From assembly GCA_963665125.2 (NCBI GenBank), contig CAXXUK010000001.1, positions 2,208,001 to 2,272,000 on the forward strand: DNA of 64,000 nucleotides. The letters run 5' to 3'. Of the stretch, positions 39,171-49,120 are shown piece by piece. A program made the translations under genes and the position numbers. The notes beneath the pieces are model-generated. The model ran no database searches. It was not told the DNA's origin and worked only from the letters and a program-made list of their open reading frames with translations. Numbering within the stretch: the stretch's first letter is position 1; each line of letters starts with the position of its first letter. Source of the DNA: an uncultured Desulfarculus sp. (GTDB taxonomy: Bacteria > Desulfobacterota > Desulfarculia > Desulfarculales > Desulfarculaceae).

Positions 39171-39982
39171 TGAACTACAAAGGCCAGACAGCATTCATAG
39201 TCGGCGGCTCCAGCGGAATCGGCTTGGCGGCGGCCCGGATTTTGGCTGCGGGAGGGGCCACGGTGGCTCTGTTCGCCAGGGACGAAAAAAAGCTCGCGGA
39301 CGCTCGCTGGGAGGTTCGTAACGCCGCCTCCGGCTATGGCGGGGTTTACGCCTGGTCCATGGACGCCTCGGACTACCAGGCCGTTGAGCAATGCTTGGGC
39401 CGGGCCATGGAGGAGCTTGGCCCGCCAAGCTGGCTGATAAACTGCGCCGGAAGGGCCATCCCCATGGCCTTTGGCGACATTCCAGTGGAGCAACTGGAGC
39501 AAACACTGCGCCAGAATCTGCACACGGCCTGGAACACGTGCAAATACATTGTCCCGTTCATGAAGCATGGCGGGCGCATAGTAAACGTGTCGTCGGTGGC
39601 CGGTTTTATCGGCGTTTACGGATATACGGACTATTGCGCATCCAAATTTGCCGTGCTTGGCTTTTCCGAGGCCTTGCGCGGTGAACTAAAGCCCAAAGGC
39701 ATCAGCGTCAGTTGCCTCTGCCCGCCGGACACCGATACGCCGGCACTGGCCGAGGAGAACAAGACCAAGCCGCCCGAGACCAGGGCCATCAGCGGTCAGG
39801 CCGGGCTCATGAAGCCCGATGACGTTGCCGAGGCCATGCTGGCCGGCGCGTCCAAAGGCGCTTTTCTGATTACGCCGGGGCCCGAAGCCCGCAAGGCCTA
39901 CTGGGTCAAGAGGATCATCCCCGGCATGGCCATGAAGATAATGGATTCCATCATCCAAAAAGCCCGTACAAAGCCAAGTTAG
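39167..39982 (+). CDS. SDR, 3-ketodihydrosphingosine reductase (KDSR/TSC10)-like
   Basis: GGSSGIG, NCAG, YCASKFA and the KDSR-like PPDTDTP..AEENKTKP.ETRAIS. Confidence 0.8.
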   Translation: MMNYKGQTAFIVGGSSGIGLAAARILAAGGATVALFARDEKKLADARWEVRNAASGYGGVYAWSMDASDYQAVEQCLGRAMEELGPPSWLINCAGRAIPMAFGDIPVEQLEQTLRQNLHTAWNTCKYIVPFMKHGGRIVNVSSVAGFIGVYGYTDYCASKFAVLGFSEALRGELKPKGISVSCLCPPDTDTPALAEENKTKPPETRAISGQAGLMKPDDVAEAMLAGASKGAFLITPGPEARKAYWVKRIIPGMAMKIMDSIIQKARTKPS

Positions 39983-40011
39983 CCCGTAACCATTGGTAGT
40001 TTAGCCAAACC

Positions 40012-40039
40012 ATAGCCCGCCGTCCCCCCGGCGGGCTAT
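40012..40039 (+). terminator. Hairpin after the lipid operon
   Basis: atagcccgccg ... cggcgggctat. Confidence 0.55.
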
Positions 40040-40539
40040 TCTCGTTTAGTCGATCATCACCTGCCGAACTCGTTCCATGTAAGTAATCCATCACCTGAAT
40101 TGTCATATAGCCATGGTCGGTTGGCGCCAAAGAGTGTTTACCGGTTTCCCGGCGCAACTCTGTCTTGAAAACCGGTATCCAAATCAGATTATTTTAATTT
40201 AGTGTATAAGTTAGAAAACTAATATTTTATTTATAACACTTTATTTTAGCAAATTTGGTTGCCTTATTGGGTTGTTTTCGCCAAATTATAACCAAGTTAT
40301 TAATATTTTTGTGCACTCAGATGCCTTTTAATTTTTTTCACCGATCTGGCTATTTTTTTGTTTTTATTAATGTTTTTCATTTACATAGCTTTAGGAGTAT
40401 TTTGTTTTAGTGCATAGCATGCCGATAACTATTGACTAGATCTAATTTTTTCTGATATTTTTCAATCAATTAACCCTTACGGGCATTACCGCTGGTTCTG
40501 CCCCCCGGCCTGAAACAATCCGTATGGAGGAAACAAAAC

Positions 40540-41010
40540 ATGCCTCTCCACCGCCTGTTTATTGCAATACTCGCGATGGTCATGGCACTGAGCCTTGCAG
40601 CCTGCAATAGCGACAGTGACAGCGGCGGTAGCACAAGCACGACCGCCACAGAAGCCACAGCAACACCATCTGCCGCAGCGACTGCGGTGAGCTACTCGGC
40701 CGCTGACTTTGCCGGAGTGTGGCAAAACTTCAAAGCCACTCACGATGACTACACGCACACCGGCACCATCACCCTGGACGGCAATGGCAGGGCCGTTTTC
40801 ATTTCCATGCCGACTGTTCCCAAGGAGGCCATCCTGGGCCAGTTGCATGTGACTTCGGCCGGCGCCGTTACCGGCGAGATGAGTATTCTTTTGACCTTTA
40901 ACGATGAGAGTGAATGGTGGTCGGAAGGTTCGGTCACCGGCGGTTTCCGCAGCAAGACCCAGCTGCACCTCAACCTTGGCCGCGAACGGCTCTTGGAACT
41001 GAGCAAATAA
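40540..41010 (+). CDS. Lipoprotein of unknown function
   Basis: RBS ggagga; lipobox LAAC; S/T/A-rich linker; GxW motif. Confidence 0.65.
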   Translation: MPLHRLFIAILAMVMALSLAACNSDSDSGGSTSTTATEATATPSAAATAVSYSAADFAGVWQNFKATHDDYTHTGTITLDGNGRAVFISMPTVPKEAILGQLHVTSAGAVTGEMSILLTFNDESEWWSEGSVTGGFRSKTQLHLNLGRERLLELSK

Positions 41011-41024
41011 ATCTCACATCACCC

Positions 41025-41062
41025 AAAAAACCGAGCCGCCCTCCGGGGCGGTTTGGTTTTTT
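41025..41062 (+). terminator. Intrinsic terminator
   Basis: aaaaaaccgagccgccc-tccg-gggcggtttggtttttt. Confidence 0.75.
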
Positions 41063-41222
41063 AGGAGGGGGCCTTGCGGGGAAAGCGGCGGACAATCCAT
41101 CGGGGTTCATCCCCAAGGCCCGGTTCTATTGTCCAGCCAAACTTGACCTAACAATGTTTTGTGGGCATAGTTGCCAAAGTTCCACTAATTGGTTCCAAAT
41201 TTTTTTATAGGTGGATTCAGCT

Positions 41223-42206
41223 ATGGACCCCAAAAGCGAATTCTCGCCGCCAGCTTTGCTGAGCGGCCCCACCACCCAATCGATCATGGCCAGCAGCCAC
41301 ATGCGGGTGCCCAAAGATCACCCCATGGAAAATGTCACCAAGGAGTTGATTATCGACGCCGGTGACGGCGTCCGGCTGATGGCCCTGCATTCGCCGCAGC
41401 CCGGCGGCACCAAAAAGGGCCTGGCCATTTTGCTGCACGGCTGGGAGGGCTCCCACAACTCCGTGTACATGATCCGCACCAGCCGGGCCCTGTTCGACCG
41501 GAGATTCGACGTGCTGCGCCTGAACCTGCGCGATCACGGCCCGACCCATCATCTGAACCAGGGTCTGTTTCTGGGCACGCTCATCCAGGAATCGCACAGG
41601 GGCGTTATCAAGGCGGCCGAACTGGCCGACGGCGGGCCTGTGTTTTTGGCGGGCTGGTCCATGGGCGGCAACTTCGCCCTGCGCATGGGCCTTCGCCACG
41701 CATCGGAGCCCATTCCGGGCCTAAAACGCATCGCCGCCATCAGCCCGGGCATCAACCCCGAAGACTCCACGGTGACCTTGGACAACATCCTGTGGTCGCG
41801 ATACTATTTCATGAAAAAATGGCGACGCTCCCTGCGCGCCAAGCAGGAGGCCTGGCCGGATGTGTACGACTTCAGCGACGTGTTGAAGTGCGTCACGGTG
41901 ATGGGCATGACCGCCAAGATGCTACAGACCTACACCGACTACAAATCCTGCAACGACTATTTCAGTTGCTACAACATCACCGGCGATGTTCTTTACGACC
42001 TGGCCACGCCGACGACGATCCTCACCGCCGAGGACGACCCGGTGATCACGGTCAAGGACTTTTACGACCTCAAGCTAAACGACATCACCGAGCTGTTCAT
42101 CACGGCCCACGGCGGCCACTCGGGTTTCATAGAAGGCTGGAAGTTCACCTCGTATTACGAACATTGGCTGCCGGATCTGTTTGAGCGGGAACTGGAACAA
42201 TCCTGA
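41223..42206 (+). CDS. YheT-like alpha/beta hydrolase
   Basis: LHGWEGS, GWSMGGN, EDDP, GGH.GF. Confidence 0.88.
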   Translation: MDPKSEFSPPALLSGPTTQSIMASSHMRVPKDHPMENVTKELIIDAGDGVRLMALHSPQPGGTKKGLAILLHGWEGSHNSVYMIRTSRALFDRRFDVLRLNLRDHGPTHHLNQGLFLGTLIQESHRGVIKAAELADGGPVFLAGWSMGGNFALRMGLRHASEPIPGLKRIAAISPGINPEDSTVTLDNILWSRYYFMKKWRRSLRAKQEAWPDVYDFSDVLKCVTVMGMTAKMLQTYTDYKSCNDYFSCYNITGDVLYDLATPTTILTAEDDPVITVKDFYDLKLNDITELFITAHGGHSGFIEGWKFTSYYEHWLPDLFERELEQS

Positions 42207-42422
42207 CCGGTATTTGCTGCTGACACCACCACGCCATAGTCTGTCGGCGCCGCACAATTATCGTGCGGCGTGACGGACTGGTAATTACGCCTTCCAATAC
42301 TGACCGTTTTTTCTCGGCTATGGCCGAAAACTGGTGCAAAACTTCCTTTCGCAATAATACAATATAATTAATATTCTTTTTAGGGATATTCCATCCATTT
42401 AGTTTGGCGAGAGGAGTAGGCA

Positions 42423-42620
42423 ATGCCTGAGTGTGAACTACTGACCACTTGCGGCTTTTTTAAACAGCATATGAATTCCCACGAAGCTGCGTGCAAAGGC
42501 CTAATTAACCAATATTGCCGCGGCCATAAGCAGGAAGACTGTAAACGGAAAATTTTCCGGAAGCAGAACGGAAAGCCTCCCGAGGATAGTATGCTGCCCA
42601 ACGGATCAATGCTGAGATAA
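42423..42620 (+). CDS. Small Cys-rich protein
   Basis: RBS gaggag; C-x5-C-GFF...YC.G....C.R...P...LPNG. Confidence 0.65.
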   Translation: MPECELLTTCGFFKQHMNSHEAACKGLINQYCRGHKQEDCKRKIFRKQNGKPPEDSMLPNGSMLR

Positions 42621-42800
42621 AACAATCAAGGTCCTTGCAAAGCCGGCGCACTACCGGGCAACCCAGCCTCCCGGCGTGCTCTCATGGTTTATCGAAAGTT
42701 GGGCCAAGGTCTCTGTTGCAATCATGGGCCGCGGGATTCGTTCGACAAAGTCTAGCCCCTAGGGGAAATAGGATTGGGCAAAAGGTGTAAAAAGAGCCCG

Positions 42801-43508
42801 ATGGATGAGTCGGAAAAGCGCGCAGCCCAATTTCTGAAATACATAGGCTATTCAAACATCGAATATGAACCTAGGGAAGGCCAAACGCCGGATTTCTTGG
42901 TTGATGGCACCATCGCTGTAGAAGTGCGTCGTCTCAACCAAAACGACTTTACGAAATCTAAGGTTGTGGGCCTTGAACACATGCAACATGTGTACATAGA
43001 TGGTTTAAAGCGCATATGTAACGAGATGGGCCCTCCGACCAATAACGAAAGCTGGTCTATTGGATTCACTTTTTCAAGACCAGCACCACAATGGCAAAAC
43101 CTGCGTGATAATTTAAAAGCAGCGTTAGCTGCATTCCAAGCGTCTTCCCAAAAACAACCCGGTACCATTTTTACTTACAACAGATTTAAGCTTGAGGTTT
43201 TATACAAGTCGAGCAAGCAACATAAGAATATGTTTTTAACGCCTGTTCCTCTCGATTTGGACGACGGCGGCTGGGTTTATGCGGAGCTTATAAAGAACAT
43301 TCCTTACTGTGTTGAAGAGAAGACAAAAAAAATCGAAGGAGTCCGTTCAGATTATCCATATTGGTGGCTAATTCTCATTGATAGAATTGGGTATGCGTTA
43401 AGCAAGGAAGAGCACGACGAATTTAGAGATTATCTTGCATTAGAGCATAGTTGGGATCGCATCACCCTCTTGAACCCGCTGGACCATACCCACTGGCTTG
43501 ACCTCTAA
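42801..43508 (+). CDS. AT-rich hypothetical protein with PD-(D/E)xK-like motif
   Basis: TPDFLVDGTIAVEVRRL; visibly lower GC than its neighbours. Confidence 0.65.
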   Translation: MDESEKRAAQFLKYIGYSNIEYEPREGQTPDFLVDGTIAVEVRRLNQNDFTKSKVVGLEHMQHVYIDGLKRICNEMGPPTNNESWSIGFTFSRPAPQWQNLRDNLKAALAAFQASSQKQPGTIFTYNRFKLEVLYKSSKQHKNMFLTPVPLDLDDGGWVYAELIKNIPYCVEEKTKKIEGVRSDYPYWWLILIDRIGYALSKEEHDEFRDYLALEHSWDRITLLNPLDHTHWLDL

Positions 43509-43526
43509 AAGCTAGTAATCCAAATC

Positions 43527-43570
43527 AAAAAAAAGGGCGGCAGACGTACTTCATTCGTCCACCGCCCTTT
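43527..43570 (-). terminator. Intrinsic terminator
   Basis: aaaaaaaagggcgg...ccgcccttt; T-tract on the minus strand. Confidence 0.6.
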
Positions 43571-43594
43571 AATTAGCTTGCTAGCCGGTCTGAT

Positions 43595-44467
43595 CTACTT
43601 CTTGCTGTAGTCGTACCAGCCCTTGCCGGTCTTTTGGCCGTAGTCGCCGCGGGCGTAGCGCTCGACGACTTGAGGTACGGGCAGGTCGGCCAGATCGCCG
43701 CTTCTCTTGAAGTTTTCCATGCCCATGATGTAGGTCAGGTCGATACCGGTGAGGTCCATCAGGCGGAACGGGCCCATGGGGTGGCCGGCGCCGTACACGC
43801 AGGCCTTGTCGATGTCTTCAAACGAGGCAACGCCCATCTCCAGAATCCATTGGGCTTCCCTGGTGATGGCGAAGAAGATGCGGTTGAGCAGGAAGCCGTT
43901 GACTTCCTTCTTCAGGTGCACGGGCACCTTGGCCAGCTTTTCGCACAGCTGCATGGAGATCTGGGTGGTCTCGTCGGACACGTGGGGGCCCTGAACGACC
44001 TCGACCAGCTTCATGACCAGCGCCGGGTTGAAGAAGTGCAGGTTGACAACCTTGTCCGGGCGGCTGGTGGCGTCGGCAATGCGGCTGCTGACGATGGCCG
44101 AGCTGTTGGTGGCCAGGATGGCATGCTTCGGGCAGATGCGGTCCAGGTCGGCAAAGATCTTCCGTTTGAGGTCCACCACCTCGATAACGGCTTCGATCAC
44201 GTAGTCGGCGTTCTTGGCGGCCTCTTCCAGGGTGCTGGGGAAGCTGATGCGGGCGCGAATGGCCTTGGCGTCGTCTTCGCTCATCTTGCCCTTGGCCACG
44301 CGGCCGGCCAGGTAGCTGTCGGCAAAGGCTTCGGCTTTTTTCAGGATCTCGGCGTTAACGTCGGTGCAGGTTACGGTATAGCCTTTGATGGCGCTATGCA
44401 GGGCAATCTGGTGGCCCATGTTGCCGGCGCCCACTACGCAAATAGTTTTGACATCGTCGATAGTCAT
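43595..44467 (-). CDS. 3-hydroxyacyl-CoA dehydrogenase
   Basis: VGAGNMG, EAVIE, HFFNP, PMGPF. Confidence 0.93.
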   Translation of the reverse strand: MTIDDVKTICVVGAGNMGHQIALHSAIKGYTVTCTDVNAEILKKAEAFADSYLAGRVAKGKMSEDDAKAIRARISFPSTLEEAAKNADYVIEAVIEVVDLKRKIFADLDRICPKHAILATNSSAIVSSRIADATSRPDKVVNLHFFNPALVMKLVEVVQGPHVSDETTQISMQLCEKLAKVPVHLKKEVNGFLLNRIFFAITREAQWILEMGVASFEDIDKACVYGAGHPMGPFRLMDLTGIDLTYIMGMENFKRSGDLADLPVPQVVERYARGDYGQKTGKGWYDYSKK

Positions 44468-44519
44468 TTCATTCCTCCGAATTTATGCAAATCTCCCGCT
44501 GCCATCGGCAGCAGCATTA

Positions 44520-45992
44520 TCAGGCGGACCAATCTTCTCCCGCCTGTATTTTCTCGATCATTTCCTGTCTGGCGCGCAAGGCGGCCATGGCCTTTGCCGC
44601 CCTTTCCGGGCTGGGCAAAATCGGCACGCCTTTGGAGCGAATCATATGAATCAGCTCTTCATCCTTGATGCGGAAGGAGAACCCGACCAGAGGCCTACCC
44701 GATTTTTGGACCAGGGCTGCGATTCGTTCGCTATGATCCACAAACAGCTTTTCCACCTCGGACGTGGCCTCTTCCTGGCTCATACCCAGGTTCACCAAGT
44801 TGCCGACCATCCGGTTCTTGGCAAACAAAAAATACATCAAAAGTCCGTCGGTATTGGGGTCTTCCAAAAGAATCGACGGCATCCTGGTCAGGTAATCCAT
44901 GGGATTGCGGCTGAAGGTCACATCCACCGGGTTGTTGGCGTTGCCCGTGACCGGTAGATATTCGACCAAGGACTTTACCGTTTCCGGAGCCAGGGCCGGC
45001 AGTTCCAGGCCCACGCGCCCGCACATGTCGGCGCAGGCCGCGCCGGGCCCGCCCGAATGGGTCTGGACGACCATCCGTTTGCCCCTTGGCAGCGGGCTCA
45101 GGGCCATCACGGAGGCGAAGTCGAACAGTTCCTCGATGCTCATTGCCCGGATTACGCCGGCCTGGCGGAACATGCCGTTGTATAGAGGATCGGGCCCGGC
45201 CAGGGAACCGGTGTGGCTCAGGCCGGCCTTGCGGCCCGTTTCCGAACCGCCCGCGTAGTAGGCCACAATGGGTTTATGGGGGGTGATGCGGCGGCAGACC
45301 TCCACGAACTCGCGCCCCCGGTTCAGGGCCTCGATGTACATGGTGATGACTTTGGTGGTCGGGTCGACACCCAAATACTCCAGGCAGTCCACAAGGTCGA
45401 TGTTTGCGGAGTTGCCCACGCTGAAGCACGTGCTGAATCCCAGGTCCAGCGGATCGAGATAATCGAACATCTGCGTCACGAAGCTGCCGCTCTGGGAGGC
45501 CATGCCCACGTACCCCGGAGGTCCGAAATAGCTATGGAACATGGTGTTGAGTCTGTGGTGGGTGTTCACCACGCCCAGGCAGTTGGGGCCGACAAACCGG
45601 ATGCCGTGCTTGTCGGCGGCCTCTTTCAGCTGCCGTTCCAGCTCGACGCCTTCGCCGCCGACCTCGCGGAAGCCGCCGGACACCACCACCGCGTGCCTGA
45701 TTCCCTTTTGGCCGCATTGGTCAAGGACTCCCGGCACCAGATGGGTCGGCAGGACGATCACCGCCAGATCGGGCGTCTCGGGCAGGTCCAACACGCTGCG
45801 ATAGGCCTTGTACCCCAGGACCTCGTCCTCCTTACGGTGCACCGGGTAGATGATGCCCTTGAAGCCGATGTCGACCACCGAACTCATCAGGTTCGTGCCC
45901 ATGGAGACAAAGTTGTTGGAGGCCCCGAAAAAGGCCACGCTGTCGGGGTTTACAATCTTGAAGAGGGGGCTTTGGCGAATATCGTTAATCAT
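44520..45992 (-). CDS. NDP-forming acyl-CoA synthetase alpha subunit
   Basis: GPNCLG, SQSG, SHTG phospho-His motif, NPVD. Confidence 0.9.
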   Translation of the reverse strand: MINDIRQSPLFKIVNPDSVAFFGASNNFVSMGTNLMSSVVDIGFKGIIYPVHRKEDEVLGYKAYRSVLDLPETPDLAVIVLPTHLVPGVLDQCGQKGIRHAVVVSGGFREVGGEGVELERQLKEAADKHGIRFVGPNCLGVVNTHHRLNTMFHSYFGPPGYVGMASQSGSFVTQMFDYLDPLDLGFSTCFSVGNSANIDLVDCLEYLGVDPTTKVITMYIEALNRGREFVEVCRRITPHKPIVAYYAGGSETGRKAGLSHTGSLAGPDPLYNGMFRQAGVIRAMSIEELFDFASVMALSPLPRGKRMVVQTHSGGPGAACADMCGRVGLELPALAPETVKSLVEYLPVTGNANNPVDVTFSRNPMDYLTRMPSILLEDPNTDGLLMYFLFAKNRMVGNLVNLGMSQEEATSEVEKLFVDHSERIAALVQKSGRPLVGFSFRIKDEELIHMIRSKGVPILPSPERAAKAMAALRARQEMIEKIQAGEDWSA

Positions 45993-46683
45993 GGTCGGCC
46001 TCCCTCAAAACCACAAGAGCGTCAACGGCCTTGATTCGTCCTTGCCTGTCGATAATCACCGGGTTGACGTCGATTTCCGCCACCTCGGGCAGTTCGACTC
46101 CGATACGGCCCAAAGCCACCAGGGCCCGGCACAGGGCGTCCATGTCCACTGGCTGCTGGCCCCGGAAGGCTCCGAACACGGCCTTGGATTGCAGTTGTTC
46201 GCACATGTCGCAGGCCTCGACCATGTCCAGCGGCGCGGCCCGAAAGGCCGTGTCTGCTATGACCTCGGCGAATATGCCGCCCAGGCCCAGCATCACGCAC
46301 GGCCCGAACTGCTGGTCGCGGCTCAGGCCCAGCACCAGTTCGCGGTTGCCCGCGGCCATTTCTTGGATCAACACGCCATCCAGGCCGTCCTGGATGGCCA
46401 TGAGGTCCTCAAACGCCTGGCGGATCGCCGCCGGATCGCGCAGACCCAGCCGCACCGCTCCTACCTCGCTTTTATGCATCAATTCCGCGGAGCAGGCCTT
46501 CATGGCCACGGTTGGTCCCAGTTTGGCGGCCAGTTCCACGGCCTGGTCCGCCGAAACTGCCAAGGCCTCGCTGGTGGTCTCTACGCCAAAATGGGACAGA
46601 AGCTTTTTCGAATCATATTCCGATAATGCCCTTTTGCCTGAATCAACGGCTGATTTAATCAACGAGGAAGGATCGTCTACCAT
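45985..46683 (-). CDS. NDP-forming acyl-CoA synthetase beta (ATP-grasp) subunit
   Basis: LSEYDSK, HKSEVG, FGP.VM.GLGG, EIDVNP, AVDA. Confidence 0.9.
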   Translation of the reverse strand: MVDDPSSLIKSAVDSGKRALSEYDSKKLLSHFGVETTSEALAVSADQAVELAAKLGPTVAMKACSAELMHKSEVGAVRLGLRDPAAIRQAFEDLMAIQDGLDGVLIQEMAAGNRELVLGLSRDQQFGPCVMLGLGGIFAEVIADTAFRAAPLDMVEACDMCEQLQSKAVFGAFRGQQPVDMDALCRALVALGRIGVELPEVAEIDVNPVIIDRQGRIKAVDALVVLREADHD

Positions 46684-46834
46684 ACGCTCTCCTAAATAGC
46701 CAAACCTGAACTTGATTTTGTGCAGAGGCATTATAGACCGGCTTTGGTGTAGACCCAAGAAAAAACATCGCAAACCGTTTTATGGGGAAAAACAGATGCC
46801 GCCTTATGGTTTTGCAGGTTGGATTTAACGCGGA

Positions 46835-49075
46835 CTAATCGCGGATTAACACCTGACGGGGTTTGGAGCCGTCGGACGGTCCTACTATTCCGTCGATTTC
46901 CATCTGTTCGATCATGCGGGCGGCCCGGTTGTAGCCCACCCTGAGCTTGCGCTGGACAAACGAAACCGAGGCCTTGCCCGACTGTTTGACGATGCGCACG
47001 GCGTCCTGGTAATGCTCGTCAATCTCGTCGCCGCCGCCGAACATGTCATCGTCTTCATCGTCGCCGTTTGCCGCCCGGACAATGCTTTCGTCATAATTGG
47101 GCTGGGCCTGGTCCTTCCAGAACTCCACCACCCGTTCGATCTCGTTGTCCGACACAAAAGCGCCGTGGGCCCGCTTGGGTCCGTTGTTGGACGGATGCAG
47201 GAACAGCATGTCGCCGGCGCCCAACAGATGCTCGGCCCCCTGCTGGTCCAGGATGGTGCGGCTGTCGATGCGGCTGGACACCTGGAAGCTGATGCGGGCC
47301 GGGAAATTGGCCTTGATCAGGCCGGTGATCACGTCCACGCTGGGCCGTTGGGTGGCCAGAACCAGATGGATGCCGGCGGCCCTAGCCATCTGGGCCAGGC
47401 GGGTGATCAGGGCCTCCACCTCCTTGGAACTGACCATCATCAGGTCTGCCAGTTCGTCGATGATGATCAGGATATGCGGAAGCGGGGTCAGCCGGGCCGG
47501 CCGTTCCGGGTCGGGCGAGGTGCCGCCCAGGCCGCCGTCGGGCTCGGCCAACAGACCGGTTTCGCGCAGCTTCTTGTTGAACGACTTGATGTTGCGCACG
47601 CCCACCTCGGCCAGCAGCGAATAGCGCCGTTCCATCTCCAATACCGCCCAGCGCAGACCGGCCGTGGCCTCCTTGGGGCTGGTGATAATGGGGTGCAGCA
47701 AATGGGGCACTTCATTATAAGTGGACAGCTCGATGCGCTTGGGGTCCACCATGATCAGGCGCACCTCGTCGGGCGTGGATTTGTAGAGCACCGACAGGAT
47801 CATCGTATTGATGAACACGCTCTTGCCCGCGCCGGTTGCCCCGGCGATGAGCAAATGGGGCATGCGGCACAGGTCGTCCACCAGCGGAAAACCAAGGATG
47901 TCCTTGCCCAGGGCCGTGGTCAGGGGGCTGGTGGATTTATCGTATTCCGCCGAAGACAACAACTCGCGCAGATAAACGGTGTCGCGGTAGGCGTTGGGTA
48001 TCTCGATGCCGATGGCCGCCTTGCCGGGGATGGGCGCGACAATGCGGATGGACTGGGCCCGTAGGTTCAGGGCCAGGTCGTCGGCCAAGCCGGCCACCTT
48101 GCTGATCTTCACGCCGGGCGCGGGCTTGAACTCGTACATCGTAACCACCGGCCCCGTGGCCACTTCGCTGACCCTGCCCTCCACTCCGAAGTCGGCCAGT
48201 TTGGCCTCCAGCAGCCGCGAGTTGTTCATCAGTTCTTCGCGGTCTATGTTGGACTTGCCGTGTATGGCCTCGCTAAGCAGTTCCAGGGGCGGCAGGGCGA
48301 AACGCCCGTTGGAGGACTGGCGCGACCTGGTCTTTTGCACGGCGACTTGCGGCTTGGCGGCCGGGGTCACGAACTTGGGCTTGGTGTTTGACTTTTCCTT
48401 GACCGGCTTCGGCTCGGGCGGGGGTTTGGGCCTGGACCTTTCCGTTGCCGGTTGGGCCGGGGCGCCGCCGGTTTGGGCGGGCCGGGTATCACGCAGCCAG
48501 CGCACGAAGACCTCGCTGAGAATGGGCCAGGCGCAGTAAAGCATCAACCCCAGGCCACATACGGCGACAACCGCGGCAAAGGCCCAGGCTACCTGCGCGC
48601 CTGCCAAATCCCGCAGGCTTTGGGCCGCCACCCGCCCCGCGCTGCCGCCGAGAGCGATTCGCGCGCCCTTGTAGGCCGTATCAACGCCGCTGAGTCCGCA
48701 AATGGCCAGCAGGCCCACCAATGCCCAGAGCGTGCCGCACATCAGCGGCAACACGGCCAGCCGCCCCGCCCCCTTCCAGTACAGCCAGCCGAACAGGGGC
48801 AGCAATGCCACCAGCAGCCACGAGGCAAGGCCCATGATATTCAACGATGACCAGGCGATGGACGCGCCGGCCGGGCCCAGCAGATTGCTGACCGCGTCGC
48901 CGGTGGCCAGGGAGTCGGAGGCGTTGAAACCTGCCAGGGAAGCCGCCAACACCAAAGCCAGGGCTATAAGCGCCAGCCACAGGCCCAGCCGAAGCCATGA
49001 CAACAATCCATCCCATTTGTCCCGCAGGGTTATTTCAGCCGAACCTCGTGACGCCAAATCGATAATCCTAAACAA
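46835..49075 (-). CDS. ftsK: DNA translocase FtsK
   Basis: N-terminal TM helices; PHLLIAGATGAGKS, DELADLM, ATQRPS, GYNRAAR gamma domain; start uncertain. Confidence 0.97.
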   Translation of the reverse strand: MFRIIDLASRGSAEITLRDKWDGLLSWLRLGLWLALIALALVLAASLAGFNASDSLATGDAVSNLLGPAGASIAWSSLNIMGLASWLLVALLPLFGWLYWKGAGRLAVLPLMCGTLWALVGLLAICGLSGVDTAYKGARIALGGSAGRVAAQSLRDLAGAQVAWAFAAVVAVCGLGLMLYCAWPILSEVFVRWLRDTRPAQTGGAPAQPATERSRPKPPPEPKPVKEKSNTKPKFVTPAAKPQVAVQKTRSRQSSNGRFALPPLELLSEAIHGKSNIDREELMNNSRLLEAKLADFGVEGRVSEVATGPVVTMYEFKPAPGVKISKVAGLADDLALNLRAQSIRIVAPIPGKAAIGIEIPNAYRDTVYLRELLSSAEYDKSTSPLTTALGKDILGFPLVDDLCRMPHLLIAGATGAGKSVFINTMILSVLYKSTPDEVRLIMVDPKRIELSTYNEVPHLLHPIITSPKEATAGLRWAVLEMERRYSLLAEVGVRNIKSFNKKLRETGLLAEPDGGLGGTSPDPERPARLTPLPHILIIIDELADLMMVSSKEVEALITRLAQMARAAGIHLVLATQRPSVDVITGLIKANFPARISFQVSSRIDSRTILDQQGAEHLLGAGDMLFLHPSNNGPKRAHGAFVSDNEIERVVEFWKDQAQPNYDESIVRAANGDDEDDDMFGGGDEIDEHYQDAVRIVKQSGKASVSFVQRKLRVGYNRAARMIEQMEIDGIVGPSDGSKPRQVLIRD

Positions 49076-49120
49076 TTACTACAGAAACTGGCTGCACTTT
49101 AAGCCAAGGCCTTGGCCGTG

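Noticed and set aside
13240..46834. Prophage or ICE
   Set aside because: No integrase, phage, conjugation or transposase genes and no att-like repeats found
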